Assembly: GCA_965248445.1 (NCBI GenBank)
Contig: CBDFJG010000003.1
Coordinates: forward strand, 576,001 to 640,000
Direction of reading: 5' to 3'
Source of the DNA: Planctomycetota bacterium
GTDB lineage: Bacteria; Planctomycetota; JAJSAM01; JAJVHW01
DNA: 64,000 bases
In this document: in pieces, positions 28,382 through 38,522 of the stretch
Layout: every line of letters starts with the position of its first letter
How positions within the stretch are numbered: position 1 is the first letter of the stretch
Notes under the pieces: generated by a model
Told to the model about the DNA's origin: nothing
What the model saw: the letters and a program-made list of their open reading frames with translations, nothing else
Databases searched by the model: none
Program-made: the position numbers and the translations under genes

Positions 28382-29488
28382 ATGTCCGACACCATGACTC
28401 ACCGCGCCCCGGCCACCTGGCCCACGACTCTCGCGCCGTACTGGATCGACGATGCCGAGTTGCTCGCGAGCGACGACCGCAGCGACGAGCGCGCCGGCCG
28501 CGATTCGCTCGGCAACGTCGGTCGCGTTCACAGCCGTTCGGAGAGCGGATCGCTGGGTGTGAAGTGGACGCGGTCGCGGATTGTCCGACACCTGGAGGAG
28601 ACCGGTCTCGCAACGCTGCGCGACGTGCAGGGCGAGAGCGAGATGCACCGCGCTGCCCAGCAGTTCACGTCGGTGGACATCGACCCGTTCCTGCTCGAGC
28701 GCAGCGTGCGGGTCATCGTCAAGGGACGGGACTTCCCCGGTCAGCAGCGCGCGGTGCTCGAGGCGAAGGTCGAGAAGCTGCGGCGCGAGCTCTCCGATCC
28801 GACCACGGCGTCCGACCGCAAAGAAGCCGCGCGAGCGATGCTCGACGCGATGCACGACGGCCTGAAGAGCACGGTCGACCTGCTCGCCGTCGAACGTCGT
28901 TTCCGTCCGGAGATCCGGGTCGATCGCGCGGTCGACTCGATGGGTTCGGTCATCGAGATCGAGCGCGGAATGCGCATCGTCTACGACGTGCGCTCGTCGG
29001 ACCCGAACGAGGTTCTCGACGACGAGGCCGAGCCGATGGTGTTCCACGTCGTCGGTCTGGGCGTCAATGAGGTCGTGGTGCTGTTCACGGGCGGTGTCCA
29101 CGGGCTGCGCCACATCACCGACCTGAACGACAGCTCCGAGCATGCGGCCTGGTTCGCGAACCGCGAGCGCTCTCGCACGACGGCGACCGCGCCGTGGATC
29201 TCCCGCCGGACCTACCGGGAGCTCGTGGAGGACGGCGAGACGCGGCTCCTGTTGCACCCCCGTCGCGATCCGGAGCCGGTCCCGATCAAAAAGATCGGCG
29301 AGGCCACCGTGCGGTTGCCGGTGGCCGGAGTCTCTCGAGAGGTCCCCGTGATCCTCTGTGAGTCGGATCGCGATGACGAGCTCACCGTGCTCGCCGATCC
29401 GGAGTGCCCGCTGGTCCTGCGCCTGCACGAGAAGGGCTCGGAACTGTTGCGGACGGTTGAAGCGATCCTGGCCCCGATCGCAGAGTAG
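28382..29488 (+). CDS. Hypothetical protein
   Basis: GGGAG RBS before ATG 28382; long ORF with normal codon usage; no family recognised. Confidence 0.7.
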   Translation: MSDTMTHRAPATWPTTLAPYWIDDAELLASDDRSDERAGRDSLGNVGRVHSRSESGSLGVKWTRSRIVRHLEETGLATLRDVQGESEMHRAAQQFTSVDIDPFLLERSVRVIVKGRDFPGQQRAVLEAKVEKLRRELSDPTTASDRKEAARAMLDAMHDGLKSTVDLLAVERRFRPEIRVDRAVDSMGSVIEIERGMRIVYDVRSSDPNEVLDDEAEPMVFHVVGLGVNEVVVLFTGGVHGLRHITDLNDSSEHAAWFANRERSRTTATAPWISRRTYRELVEDGETRLLLHPRRDPEPVPIKKIGEATVRLPVAGVSREVPVILCESDRDDELTVLADPECPLVLRLHEKGSELLRTVEAILAPIAE

Positions 29489-29497
29489 CCCGTGCGC

Positions 29498-29737
29498 GCG
29501 TCACTCGATTCGCTTCGCGAATCTCGCGCCGCGCTTCGGGCTAGTGTCTCTCTCCTACGCGGTCTCCGACCGCTACCTAGGTGACTCGCTGCGGGGCGTC
29601 ACTCGGTTCGCTACGCGAACCTCACGCAGCTCCTCGCTCGCGTGCTGACGCGCGCCGATGTTCTGGTCGCCTCGGGCGTGCGCCGTGACGGCGAGCGAGG
29701 TATCCCGCGGCTGAAGCCGTTGCTTCCGGCTTCAGCC
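29498..29737. repeat. Cluster of REP-like palindromic elements between convergent genes
   Basis: 32-bp direct repeats at 29498-29529 and 29596-29627 with covarying stems; ggctgaagccg/cggcttcagcc hairpin at 29709-29737. Confidence 0.75.
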
Positions 29738-29874
29738 CCCTCCTCCGCCGGCATGCGGAGTCGGGTCGCGGGCGTTCGGTCGGGCTGCGGGAGGGGCCGT
29801 CTTGGTGCCGTCGATCAGATCGGCTTCGCGACCCGTTGACGGCTACCGCATCCTTGCCGCGCGCGCTCCCTCCC

Positions 29875-30606
29875 TCACTGCCCGGCGTCGTCGTGCCTTC
29901 CGGCGAATGCGACGTAGCGGATGAACGTGATGTCCTGCACGTCCTCGATCGCATCGCCGCGGTCGTCCGTCTCGACCGGGGGTTGGATCACCAGCGTGAT
30001 CCGCGCGGCGTACGGAAGACCCTTCTTCTCCTTGGCGTCCCAGTCCATCACGCCCAGGGCCTCGTCGCCCTCGGGATCGCCCGGGTCCTCTTCGAAGAAG
30101 TCGATCCGGAACTCCACGACGCGATCGGCCAGCTTGTAGAACTTGCCGCCCTCGAAGGGCTCGTCGTCGACGCCGAAGTCTTCGCGACGGTACAGCGCGA
30201 ACAGTCCGTCGTAGCGCTCACTCCGTCGCATGCGATATCCGACCTCGCAGACGGCTGACGTGAGGTAGTCGTTGTCGATCTCGACGCGGCTTCGCGAGGT
30301 AACGACCGTCGCGAAGTCGAGTTCGGTCGTGTCGGTCCCGCCCACCGACTCCTCGACGGCCTCGAACGAGTCGGACTCCTTGAACGAGTGCGTCAGCGCG
30401 TGCGCAAGATCCGCAGCGACGATGTCGAGCACCGGCGGTCCGACCTCGAACGTGCGGACCTGGCGCTCGAGACGGTCGCGGAACGTCGCCGTGGACCAGA
30501 CCAGGCCGAACAGCGCGCCCAGGAACATGAGCAACAGCGTCGACGCGAGGAGGACCTCGAGCACCGTCAGGCCACGCTCGCTGTCGCGGCGGAACGGGCG
30601 CGTCAT
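29875..30606 (-). CDS. Type II secretion minor pseudopilin (GspJ-like)
   Basis: Prepilin site RG|LTVLEVLL; EVGY, LYRRE and LP.A.RITL motifs; last gene of the gsp operon. Confidence 0.8.
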   Translation of the reverse strand: MTRPFRRDSERGLTVLEVLLASTLLLMFLGALFGLVWSTATFRDRLERQVRTFEVGPPVLDIVAADLAHALTHSFKESDSFEAVEESVGGTDTTELDFATVVTSRSRVEIDNDYLTSAVCEVGYRMRRSERYDGLFALYRREDFGVDDEPFEGGKFYKLADRVVEFRIDFFEEDPGDPEGDEALGVMDWDAKEKKGLPYAARITLVIQPPVETDDRGDAIEDVQDITFIRYVAFAGRHDDAGQ

Positions 30607-30613
30607 GGCGCTC

Positions 30614-31189
30614 CTAGTTGCCCTCGCCACCGGTGCCTCCTCCGGGACCACCGGGCGTGGGAACGGCTGCGTGATCGACCAGCGGTAGGAACGTGACGAT
30701 GGTGACCGAGTCGCTCTCGCCGTCGATCTCCGGAGAGTGGACGGTCAGCGTGAGCTCGCGCAGGTACTGCGTTTCGCCGCGCTGCTGCGCTGCGCCGGGT
30801 GTCGTGTCCTCGGCCTCCTCCTCCGCATCCTCGTCCGGCTGTCCGAACAGGTACTCGGCCCGTTCATCCGTCGTCTCGCCGAAGACGACGACGTCGCGGA
30901 TGTCCAGCTCCCACTCCCAGTCCTCCCAGCGGTCGTCGTCGAGGTCGTCGAACGATGTGCGGTCGAAGATGTCGTCGTACTCGCGCTCGAACACAGTGAC
31001 GCGTCCGAGCCGCTCCTCCGCGAGCACGCGGAGTTCCCGGGCGCGAACCGCGCCGAGCGCGCGCGATGTGGCGCGGTCGAGATCGACCAGCACCGCGGTC
31101 GCCATGAGTCCGAAGATCACGAAGGCCACGAGCAGCTCGAGCAGCGTGAACCCGGCAGCGGAGCGGTGGGAGGTGCCGATGGTGCGCAT
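30614..31189 (-). CDS. Type II secretion minor pseudopilin (GspI-like)
   Basis: AG|FTLLELLVA prepilin motif; position in the gsp operon. Confidence 0.8.
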   Translation of the reverse strand: MRTIGTSHRSAAGFTLLELLVAFVIFGLMATAVLVDLDRATSRALGAVRARELRVLAEERLGRVTVFEREYDDIFDRTSFDDLDDDRWEDWEWELDIRDVVVFGETTDERAEYLFGQPDEDAEEEAEDTTPGAAQQRGETQYLRELTLTVHSPEIDGESDSVTIVTFLPLVDHAAVPTPGGPGGGTGGEGN

Positions 31190-31752
31190 CAGAAGTCGTG
31201 CTCTTCCCGGATCTCCTCCGCTTCGACGTGCCCCCGGTGGTACGAGACTGTGCCCGTCAGTCCGCTGACCTCGACGGACAGTCCGTCGTCCTTGGGGAGA
31301 TCTTCGTGCAGCAAGTACGCCACGAATCCCGACGGGAACATCTCGCCTTTCGCGCTGATCGTGATGGTGATGAGATCGTCCAGTTCGGCCGACCGCCCGA
31401 ATGCGATTTCATCGAGCGCGACACCGTGACGCAACTCGAACCACGGTCCGTAAAACGTGAGTTCCTCGCGGTCATCCTCGTCGGAAACCTCGTTCCGTCC
31501 GGGGCGATCGATGTCGCGCCAGCGCTGATTCTCGACGTCGATCTCCAGCGTCATCTCGCGCCCCTGGACGATTGCGATGTCGCGCAGGAAGAGGACGCGA
31601 TTTCCCAGGTCGCGACCGGCCTGCGACAGGGACGACCGCGAAGTGATGCCATCCAGGTTGGAGACCACGAGCGCGGACATGAGACCGATCACGAAGATCA
31701 CCACCATCATCTCGATGAAGGTGAACCCGTGTTCGCGTCTGGTGTCGCGCAT
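31189..31752 (-). CDS. Type II secretion minor pseudopilin (GspH-like)
   Basis: HG|FTFIEMMVV; C-terminal V.GLTG.V motif. Confidence 0.8.
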   Translation of the reverse strand: MRDTRREHGFTFIEMMVVIFVIGLMSALVVSNLDGITSRSSLSQAGRDLGNRVLFLRDIAIVQGREMTLEIDVENQRWRDIDRPGRNEVSDEDDREELTFYGPWFELRHGVALDEIAFGRSAELDDLITITISAKGEMFPSGFVAYLLHEDLPKDDGLSVEVSGLTGTVSYHRGHVEAEEIREEHDF

Positions 31753-31768
31753 GATGTTCCGTCCGCCG

Positions 31769-32191
31769 CTACTCGTCGATGCCCTCTTGCCGATGGGCTG
31801 CGGCGCGGTCGATGTCCGCGTCCTCGTCTTCCCCGCCCTCCACGGCGTCAGCGCCGAGCGAGATCAGGATGAAGTCACTCCTGCCCTGAGGTTCGTACAT
31901 GAACTCGTTACCCCATGCGTCCCTGGGCACCTCGTCCGAGTCGAGGAAGCCGTCTTCGCCGACCAGATCCTCGAGCGAATCCGGCAGCCGCCTCTTCTCC
32001 ATCTTGTGCGTCTTGATCGCGTTCTCGATGTTGATGATCTGCGCCTTCGTTGTTTGGATGTTGGCGACCTTCAGTCGGCCCACGACGTTGACGCCTACGA
32101 TGCCGGCCAGCAGGCCGATGATCGTGATCACGACCATCAACTCGATCAGCGAGAAGCCGGCGGAGGGCCGGCGACGATCACAGTTGCGCAT
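31769..32191 (-). CDS. gspG: Type II secretion major pseudopilin GspG
   Basis: AGGAGG RBS; G|FSLIELMVVITIIGLLA; DAWGNEF; SLGAD..GGE.EDADI. Confidence 0.93.
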   Translation of the reverse strand: MRNCDRRRPSAGFSLIELMVVITIIGLLAGIVGVNVVGRLKVANIQTTKAQIINIENAIKTHKMEKRRLPDSLEDLVGEDGFLDSDEVPRDAWGNEFMYEPQGRSDFILISLGADAVEGGEDEDADIDRAAAHRQEGIDE

Positions 32192-32232
32192 GTCAGTACC
32201 TCCTGAGGCGAACCGTAGGTCCGCTCTCTCCT

Positions 32233-33465
32233 TTAGACGCCTGCCGCCTGCCCGATCTGCAGGATGGGCAGCAGAATAGCGATCACGATGAATCCGATGA
32301 CCAGCGCGAGGGCAATGATCAGGATCGGCTCGACCATGGAGGTCACCTTCTGAGACGTGATCTCGACCTCGTCGTCGTAGGACTCGGCGACGCGGCCGAG
32401 CATCTCCTCGAGCGTACCGGCCTGCTCCCCGACGGCGATCATGTAGCCCACGACAGGCGGGAACACGCCCGACTTCTTCACAGGACCCGAGATGTCGGCG
32501 CCCTCCACGATCTTGTCGTGGATCTCGCCGACCACGCGGGCCATCACGGTGTTGCCGACGATCCCCTTGACGATGTTGAGGGCGTTCAGCGCGGGAATGC
32601 CGCTCTTCAGGAGCGTAGACAGCGTCACGCAGAAGCGCGACACGCTGACCTTCTTGAACAGGTCGCCGAGCACGGGCAGCCGCAGCCGGAACTTGTCGAA
32701 GCGATAGCGGAACTCCTCGCTGCGCAGCGCCATCTTGAACGCCATGAACGCGCCGACCATCGCGAGGAGGATGACCCACCACCAGTCGCCGACGAACGAG
32801 CTGACGGCGACGAGGATCTCGGTTGGGAGGGGCAGGTCGCCGCTCTTGCCGTGGCCCTTCCTGAGCAGCCGCAGGATGCGCGGCACGACGAACGTCATCA
32901 GGACGATGACCACGATGACACCGAACGAGATCAACACCACTGGGTACGCCATCGACGCCTTGAGCTTGGCGCGCATGCGGTCTTGCTTCTGATTGAAGTC
33001 CGCGAGGCGGGTCAGGATCTCGTCCAGGTTTCCGGCGGCCTCGCCGGCCTTGACCATGTTGACGAACAACTCGTCGAAGTAGCCAGGGTGGTTCGCCAGC
33101 GCCTCCGCGAACCCGGCGCCCTGTGTCACGCGCTCGCGAATGTCGCGCAGCACGATCTCGAGGTCGGCGTGCCCGGCCTGCTCCACGAGCGCTGTGAGGC
33201 ACGAGGCGAGGGGGATTCCCGAGCGCAGCATGGTGGCGAGCTGCCGCGTGAGCAGTGTGATCGCCTCGCGATGCCGCCGCTGCAGGAATGCGGGCAGGAA
33301 GCGCCGCGCACTGCTGACCTGCAGCGTGTCGAGCGGCTCGAGCTCCGTGACGTGGACGCGCAGGGCACGGAGCTGGCCACGCGCCTCCTTCGGAGAGTCG
33401 GCGTCGACGATCCCCGTACGGCCCGCCCCGCCGCTGTCGTAGCCCTTGTACTGGTAGACCGGCAT
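32233..33465 (-). CDS. gspF: Type II secretion inner-membrane platform protein GspF
   Basis: MPVYQY, TRQLATML.SGIPL, MVKAGE..GNL, YP, GEQAGTL..ML, EP.LI. Confidence 0.95.
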   Translation of the reverse strand: MPVYQYKGYDSGGAGRTGIVDADSPKEARGQLRALRVHVTELEPLDTLQVSSARRFLPAFLQRRHREAITLLTRQLATMLRSGIPLASCLTALVEQAGHADLEIVLRDIRERVTQGAGFAEALANHPGYFDELFVNMVKAGEAAGNLDEILTRLADFNQKQDRMRAKLKASMAYPVVLISFGVIVVIVLMTFVVPRILRLLRKGHGKSGDLPLPTEILVAVSSFVGDWWWVILLAMVGAFMAFKMALRSEEFRYRFDKFRLRLPVLGDLFKKVSVSRFCVTLSTLLKSGIPALNALNIVKGIVGNTVMARVVGEIHDKIVEGADISGPVKKSGVFPPVVGYMIAVGEQAGTLEEMLGRVAESYDDEVEITSQKVTSMVEPILIIALALVIGFIVIAILLPILQIGQAAGV

Positions 33466-33478
33466 CTACTGTTGGCCC

Positions 33479-35188
33479 TCAGAGCAGGTCGAGCTGCGTT
33501 ACGCGCAGCACTTCGCCGACGGTCGTCATGCCGGCCCGCACCTTGCGGGCTCCGTCCATGCGCAACGTGGTGCAGCCGCGGTCGATCGAGGCGCGCTTGA
33601 TCTTCGAAGCGGACTCGCGGTTCATGATCTGTTCCTTGACCTCTTCGCCGACCGGCAGCACTTCGTAGATGGCGGTGCGGTCCAGGTAGCCGGTCTGGAA
33701 GCAGTTCGCGCAGCCGGCGCCGCGCCACATCTTGGATTCGGGGAGCTCTTGCAGCCGCAGGCCGATGTCCTCGAGTTCCACGAGGTCAGCGGCGGTCGGA
33801 TCGAAGCTCTCCTTGCACTCGTCGCAGATCATGCGAACGAGACGTTGTGCGATGACGACGAGCACGGACGACGCCACGAGGTACGGCTCGACCTCGAAGT
33901 TCAGCATGCGCGCGACCGCGCCGGCGGCGTCGTTGGTGTGCAGCGTCGAGTAGACCAGGTGGCCGGTGAGTGCGGCCTGAGTTGCGATCTTCGCGGTCTC
34001 TTCGTCTCGAATTTCACCGACCATCAGCACGTCAGGGTCCTGGCGCATCAGGCTGCGCAGACCGGTCGCGAACGTCAGGCCCTTCTTGTTGTTGACCTGG
34101 ATCTGACTGATGTCGTCGAGGTGGTACTCGATCGGGTCTTCGATCGTGATGCAGTTCTTCTCCGCGGAGTTGATCTCGGAGAGCACCGCGTAGAGCGTCG
34201 TCGTCTTGCCCGAACCGGTCGGCCCGGTCACCAGGATGATCCCGTGCGTGTACCGGATGAAGCGGCGCAGCATTTTGAGGTTCTCGGCGTTGAGTCCGAG
34301 TTCCTCCATGCTCAGCACGCGGGCAGTCATGTCGAGCAGACGCATGACGATTCGTTCGCCGTTGCTGGTGGGAACGGACGAGATGCGGACGTCGACCTCG
34401 CCGTCGCCGAGCTTGATGGTCGCGCGGCCGTCCTGCGGCAGCCGACGCTCCGCGATGTCCATCTTGCCCATGATCTTGATGCGCGAGACGACCGCGTCCT
34501 GCACTCGCTTGGGGATCGCCTCCATGTCGTACAGGATGCCGTCGATCCGGTTGCGGACCTGGAGCCGGTCTTCGTACGGGTGCAGGTGCACGTCCGACGC
34601 ACGCATCTTGAGCGCCTGGAACAGGATCATGTTGACCAGCTTGATGATCGGCGCCTTGTTGGCAACGTCGAGGATGTCCTCGGCGGCGTCGACGTCGGCC
34701 GTGAGCTGATCGATGTCCTCTTCGTCGAGGCCGGTCAGCGCCTCGTCGACGACGTCGGCCTTGCGCTTGTATGCGTGGTTGATCAGGTTCGTGATCTCGA
34801 CGCGCGGCGCGAGCACCGGCTCGATCTCTGTGCGCAGCATCGAGGACAGGTCGTCGATCGAGTTGGTCTCGAACGGCGAACACGTTGCGACGCGCATCCC
34901 GTGGGCGTCGGAGTCGATCGCGATCACGTTGTAGCTGCGTGCAAAGTGCACGGGGACGTTGTTCACGAACTCCGCCGGCACGTCGATCTTGGTGAGGTTC
35001 TCCACGACGTCGAGCCCGAGCACCCGCCCGAACGCGCGCAGCATGTCCACTTCGGTGAGGTAGCCCTTCTGGAGGAAGAGCCGGTCGAGCGGCTCTCCGG
35101 TCGCGCGCTCCTCGCGGACGCACTCCTCGAATCGCTCTCCCGAGAGGAGGTCACGGTCGATCAGCAGGGTTCGAAGCTGTTCGTGCAT
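33479..35188 (-). CDS. gspE: Type II secretion ATPase GspE
   Basis: ASDVH, MDIAERRLPQDGR, GPTGSGKTTTLY, TIEDPIEY, RQDPD..MVGEIRD, TGHLV.STLHTND, CxxC Zn motifs. Confidence 0.96.
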   Translation of the reverse strand: MHEQLRTLLIDRDLLSGERFEECVREERATGEPLDRLFLQKGYLTEVDMLRAFGRVLGLDVVENLTKIDVPAEFVNNVPVHFARSYNVIAIDSDAHGMRVATCSPFETNSIDDLSSMLRTEIEPVLAPRVEITNLINHAYKRKADVVDEALTGLDEEDIDQLTADVDAAEDILDVANKAPIIKLVNMILFQALKMRASDVHLHPYEDRLQVRNRIDGILYDMEAIPKRVQDAVVSRIKIMGKMDIAERRLPQDGRATIKLGDGEVDVRISSVPTSNGERIVMRLLDMTARVLSMEELGLNAENLKMLRRFIRYTHGIILVTGPTGSGKTTTLYAVLSEINSAEKNCITIEDPIEYHLDDISQIQVNNKKGLTFATGLRSLMRQDPDVLMVGEIRDEETAKIATQAALTGHLVYSTLHTNDAAGAVARMLNFEVEPYLVASSVLVVIAQRLVRMICDECKESFDPTAADLVELEDIGLRLQELPESKMWRGAGCANCFQTGYLDRTAIYEVLPVGEEVKEQIMNRESASKIKRASIDRGCTTLRMDGARKVRAGMTTVGEVLRVTQLDLL

Positions 35189-35198
35189 GGTGTTTCGA

Positions 35199-37532
35199 TC
35201 AGCGGTCGTTGGTCGGGGTCGGAAGCTCCGCACCGCGGCCGGCTGCGCGAGCCGCATCGCGCGCAGCGCGAATACGCTCCTGCTCTGTCACCGGCGCCTT
35301 GAGGCGCGCGGCGTCGAGAGCACCGGATCTCTCGATGATGCGGGCGCGCTCCGCGGCCGAGATGCGGCTCGGATCGACGAAGTTGCCGCCGATGATGCCG
35401 AGTTCGCTTCCGAACAGATCCTCGCTCAGCAGCTTCTTCTCCCACGTGAGCCGCACGTAGTCCTCGAAGCGCTCCGTGTCGCGAAGGATGCGCGGCGTCA
35501 CGAACAGGAACAGGTGCGACGGAGATGAGGAGTCCGAGGACGACCGGAAGAGGAACCCGAAGATGGGGATGTCGCCCAGGATCGGGACCTTCGAGACGCT
35601 CGAACGCTCTTCTTCCTGCACCAGGCCGCCGAGCACGACCGTGTAGCGGTCGGGCAGCGTGACGTTCGTCGAAATGTCGCGGCTGACCTGGTCCGGTGGC
35701 GCATCCGGCGCAGGGCGCGTTCCGAAGTTCTGCACGGACTGCGTGATGACGAGACGCAGGTAGTTGTCGCTCGCGATCGTCGGCGAGATCGTCAGGTTCG
35801 TCGTCGCCGTGACGGTGTCGAAACTGTCGCGCCTGTCGCCGGTGTCGTCGCGGATGCTCTGTCGGAACGAGGTGGTGCGCTCGAACGTGAGCGTCGCCTC
35901 CTTGTTGTCGTTCGTCACGACGCTGGGCATCGTCAGGATCTTGGCGCGACCGGAAGACTGGAGGGCCGTGAGCAGAACGGGCAGCCGGCCGTCCTTGAAG
36001 ATGCCGGCGGTGAAGCCGGTGCCGAGGATCGGGCTGCGCCCGGGCACGGTCACGCCGTTGATCACCTCTTCGGTCGGAGTGCTCAGTCCGAACGTGGATG
36101 CGCCGAACAGCTTGCGCTCGCTCGTGAGCGAGTCGGCCACACCGTCGCCGTCGGTGTCCACCCCGATGTCGTTGTTGCTCGCGAACAACTCGACGCCGAG
36201 CGCCAGTGAGTCGTCGATGGCCAGTTCGACGAGCGCGGTCTCGATCAGCACCTGTGGGCGGCTCTGGTCGAGGCGCGTGATCAGCTGGTCGATGGAGTCG
36301 TACTGCGTCGGGCTTGCGTGGATGATCAGGCTGTTCGAGCGATTGTCCGCGATGATCACAGCGTCGCCCTCGCCGACGCCGCCGCCGAACGCGCTCTGCT
36401 GCGCGCCCTGGTTCGAGGTGTTCGGACGGTTGCGGTTCGTGGTGTTCCGCCGCGAGCCGGAGGTGGAGCGGGTACCGCCGCCCACGACGCCGGTCCGCTC
36501 GATCAAGTCCGAGATCGTGGCGGCCATCTCGTCGGCATCGGTGTGCTTGAGAGGACGGAAGTGGATGCGTTGGCGTCGGTTCGCGTTCGGGACGTCGAGC
36601 GTGTGGATCAGTTCCTTGATCCTCCGCATGTGCGAATCGACCGCGTAGATGATCAGGGCGTCGAGTCGCGGGTCCGCGATGATCTTCGGCTCCGGCTCCT
36701 GCTGGGGCGTCGTCTGGTTGCGGTTCCGCGGCGGCTGGCCGGCGACGACGCTCTGCTCGATGAGTTCCGAGATGATCGGCTCGAGCTCCGAGGCGACGGC
36801 GTGGTACAGCTGCACCACTTCCATGCGTGGCTCGATGTTGACGTTCGGGACGTCGATGAAGTCGAGCAGCCGCTTCATGGCGGCGACGATCGGGGCGAAG
36901 TCACCGACGATCACGGCGCGATGCCCCGGGATGTCGTTCATGCGCCCGAGGCCGGCGGTCTTCGTCGACAGTTGCGAGAGCGCCTGGCGCACGCGGCCGA
37001 CGTCCTTGATGTGCTTGAGTGTGAACGTCGTGACGACGTAGAGGCCGTCGCGCTCGGCGTACTTGAGGATCTCGTTCTCTGCGAGGTAGAGGGGATGCGA
37101 CGTGAGGTTCGCGTTCGCGGAGTCGAGCGCGAACCACTGCTGCTGCCCGCTGGCGCCCGGAGGACCGACCGGCACGAGCACGAGACCGTGGTACGAGAGC
37201 ACCGCCTGCAGCCAGTAGAAGAGCTCGCCTTCCTGGATGCGGTGGGGCCCCGTCCACTCGACGGTCTTGTTCTTGACGATCTGGGTGCCCGATTCGAACA
37301 GGATCGAGCGGCCGGTCGCCTGCGCGATCGCGTCGAACAGGTCGCGGATGGGCCAGCCCTTGCCGCCGGGGTGGGGCTTCAGGATGACGTAGTTGCCCTC
37401 TTTCCGGATGTCCGGTTGTTCGCCGTCCTGGGCGAACGCGGGGGCGGCGACGGCAGCCAGGAGTCCGGCAGCCACGAGGGCCACGCTGCGGAGCATCCTG
37501 GGAACGGCACGGACAGGTCGATTTCGGCTCAT
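35199..37532 (-). CDS. gspD: Type II secretion secretin GspD
   Basis: Signal peptide; N-domain repeats (IIAD.R.N.LII); RPQVLIE; P.VVT.DN.EA; SKVPILGDIP.FG.LF; LFLFVTPRIL. Confidence 0.93.
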   Translation of the reverse strand: MSRNRPVRAVPRMLRSVALVAAGLLAAVAAPAFAQDGEQPDIRKEGNYVILKPHPGGKGWPIRDLFDAIAQATGRSILFESGTQIVKNKTVEWTGPHRIQEGELFYWLQAVLSYHGLVLVPVGPPGASGQQQWFALDSANANLTSHPLYLAENEILKYAERDGLYVVTTFTLKHIKDVGRVRQALSQLSTKTAGLGRMNDIPGHRAVIVGDFAPIVAAMKRLLDFIDVPNVNIEPRMEVVQLYHAVASELEPIISELIEQSVVAGQPPRNRNQTTPQQEPEPKIIADPRLDALIIYAVDSHMRRIKELIHTLDVPNANRRQRIHFRPLKHTDADEMAATISDLIERTGVVGGGTRSTSGSRRNTTNRNRPNTSNQGAQQSAFGGGVGEGDAVIIADNRSNSLIIHASPTQYDSIDQLITRLDQSRPQVLIETALVELAIDDSLALGVELFASNNDIGVDTDGDGVADSLTSERKLFGASTFGLSTPTEEVINGVTVPGRSPILGTGFTAGIFKDGRLPVLLTALQSSGRAKILTMPSVVTNDNKEATLTFERTTSFRQSIRDDTGDRRDSFDTVTATTNLTISPTIASDNYLRLVITQSVQNFGTRPAPDAPPDQVSRDISTNVTLPDRYTVVLGGLVQEEERSSVSKVPILGDIPIFGFLFRSSSDSSSPSHLFLFVTPRILRDTERFEDYVRLTWEKKLLSEDLFGSELGIIGGNFVDPSRISAAERARIIERSGALDAARLKAPVTEQERIRAARDAARAAGRGAELPTPTNDR

Positions 37533-37813
37533 GGTTCTGCTCGAGTCTCCCGACGGTCTTCCCAGCTCGCGTCCCTGGCCTCTCGCGCTCTTCACGATCG
37601 AGGGTGGCGGGGTCGGACCGGCTCGGCCGAGGGTACGCAAGCCCGGGCCGGTCGCGAAGTTGGACGTCGGGGGAGGCGGGGTATTCCCCTCGGGCTTCCT
37701 TCCCAGCCGCAGCCTCCAGGGCTACGCTTTGGGGTTCCCGGTACCAGGGCACTGGATCCGGGACCCGATGGGCAGTCGCCCCCGGATCAGAAGGCGCACT
37801 TCAAGGAGGCCGT

Positions 37814-38041
37814 ATGGCCGTTCGTATCGTGGTCAAGAACGGGGAGCCGCTGGAGAAGACCCTCCGCCGGCTTCGCAAGATCTGCAACAACGAGGGGCTG
37901 ACCCGCGACATCAAGCGGTCCTCGATCTACGAGAAGCCCAGCGAGCAGCGCCGCCGCAAGGAGCGTGAGCGCCAGAAGGCCCTCCGCCAGGCCCTGAAGA
38001 AGGCGGCGGGCAAGGGCAAGAAGAAGCCCCCACGCCGTTGA
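37814..38041 (+). CDS. rpsU: 30S ribosomal protein bS21
   Basis: AAGGAGG RBS; GE.LEK.LRR..K....G; YEKPSE.RRRK. Confidence 0.93.
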   Translation: MAVRIVVKNGEPLEKTLRRLRKICNNEGLTRDIKRSSIYEKPSEQRRRKERERQKALRQALKKAAGKGKKKPPRR

Positions 38042-38090
38042 TCCCGGGCGTCCGCGCAGCGTTTCCTATGCCGATCGCTAACGTGAGGCG

Positions 38091-38522
38091 ATGAGGATTG
38101 CGCTCGCCTGCGACCACGCGGCCTACGAGGAAAAGGCCGCGGTCAAAGCCCATCTCGAGGGGCGCGGCCACGAGGTGCACGACTTCGGGACAGACGGTCC
38201 CGACAGCGTGGACTATCCGGACCACGCCGAACCCGCCGCGCGCGCCGTCGCTTCCGGCGAAGCCGACCGCGCCGTCCTCATCTGCGGCACCGGCATCGGA
38301 CAGAGCATGTCCGCCAACCGCATCAAGGGCTGTCGCGCCGCCGTTCTCTGGAACGCCGCGAGCGCCGAGATGAGCCGCCGTCACAACAACGCCAACGTGG
38401 CGTGCTTCGGCGCCCGTCTCCAGACGCTCGACGACATCCTGCGCATTCTCGACATGTGGCTGACCACGCCGTTCGACGGCGGCCGCCACGAGCGCCGGGT
38501 CGCCAAGATCGAAGCGCTGTAG
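38091..38522 (+). CDS. rpiB: Ribose-5-phosphate isomerase B
   Basis: DHA, DYPD, ICGTGIG..M.AN, R.HNNANV, FDGGRH.RR..KI. Confidence 0.96.
   Translation: MRIALACDHAAYEEKAAVKAHLEGRGHEVHDFGTDGPDSVDYPDHAEPAARAVASGEADRAVLICGTGIGQSMSANRIKGCRAAVLWNAASAEMSRRHNNANVACFGARLQTLDDILRILDMWLTTPFDGGRHERRVAKIEAL

Noticed and set aside
37700..37813. Hairpins in the rpsU leader as a riboswitch or r-leader
   Set aside because: GC-rich stems with no recognisable conserved motif.
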